Both the position numbers and the translations under genes were made by a program. From Raja brachyura (taxonomy: Eukaryota), in NCBI GenBank assembly GCA_963514005.1, contig OY740781.1, forward strand, positions 29,760,001-29,824,000: a stretch of 64,000 nt of DNA. Reading direction: 5' to 3'. Positions 63,642-64,000 of the stretch are shown piece after piece. Positions within the stretch are counted from its first letter, which is position 1; each line of letters opens with the position of its first letter. The notes below the pieces were generated by a model. That model saw nothing but the letters and a program-made list of their open reading frames with translations. It was not told the origin of the DNA and ran no database searches.

Positions 63642-64000
63642 CTTTCTTTACATGAAACATTGACGTTTGATTTGCTGGCTGATGGAATTATGGTGGTGTG
63701 TCCGAATGAGAAACAGCCATGATCTCTAACAGCCATAAGCCATAATTATGGTAATTCATGTATGTGCATTGAGGGACTGTGTGATTCAACTGAAAACATA
63801 CACAATGGAGCAATTAAACTTCCCCCAAACCATTGAATTTCCAGGCAATTAAACTATCTCTCTGAAGAATGAAGACAGTGGATGTAAGGGTTGACATTGT
63901 GTATTGAATTTGCTATGGCAGATAAATCAAAGCAGATATAAGTAGAGGTGTTATTGTATCTCATTGTTCAGAAGTGAAAAGAATTGTGCCACCATAAAGC

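Overview
Vertebrate genomic DNA, almost certainly from a cartilaginous fish (skate/ray-like repeat landscape: HE1-type SINEs, HER1/CR1 LINEs, Rex1, Penelope). The only host gene is the 5' two-thirds of SMAD7 (inhibitory SMAD) on the minus strand. Coding exon 1 is at 25545-26052, the 54-nt PY-motif exon 2 at 24383-24436 and the 75-nt exon 3 at 17398-17472. The MH2-encoding last exon is not visible and should lie left of position 1. The promoter carries the palindromic Smad-binding element GTCTAGAC plus an E-box at 3-bp spacing, and intron 1 holds a BMP-response-like GGCGCC/GATA cluster. The rest is intron or upstream intergenic DNA dense in transposable elements: two long, nearly intact CR1 ORF2 copies, many SINE/LINE tails, an RTE, five non-autonomous TIR elements and a 220-N gap. 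The most striking non-genic signal is a dispersed Penelope pseudo-LTR family. Its consensus carries a minimal hammerhead-ribozyme core (CUGAAGA-stem II-GAAACGUC), and it occurs as short inverted-repeat mini-insertions with ~14-bp target-site duplications. Nearly all other listed ORFs are spurious or repeat-derived. TE family names come from sequence recognition, not from database searches.
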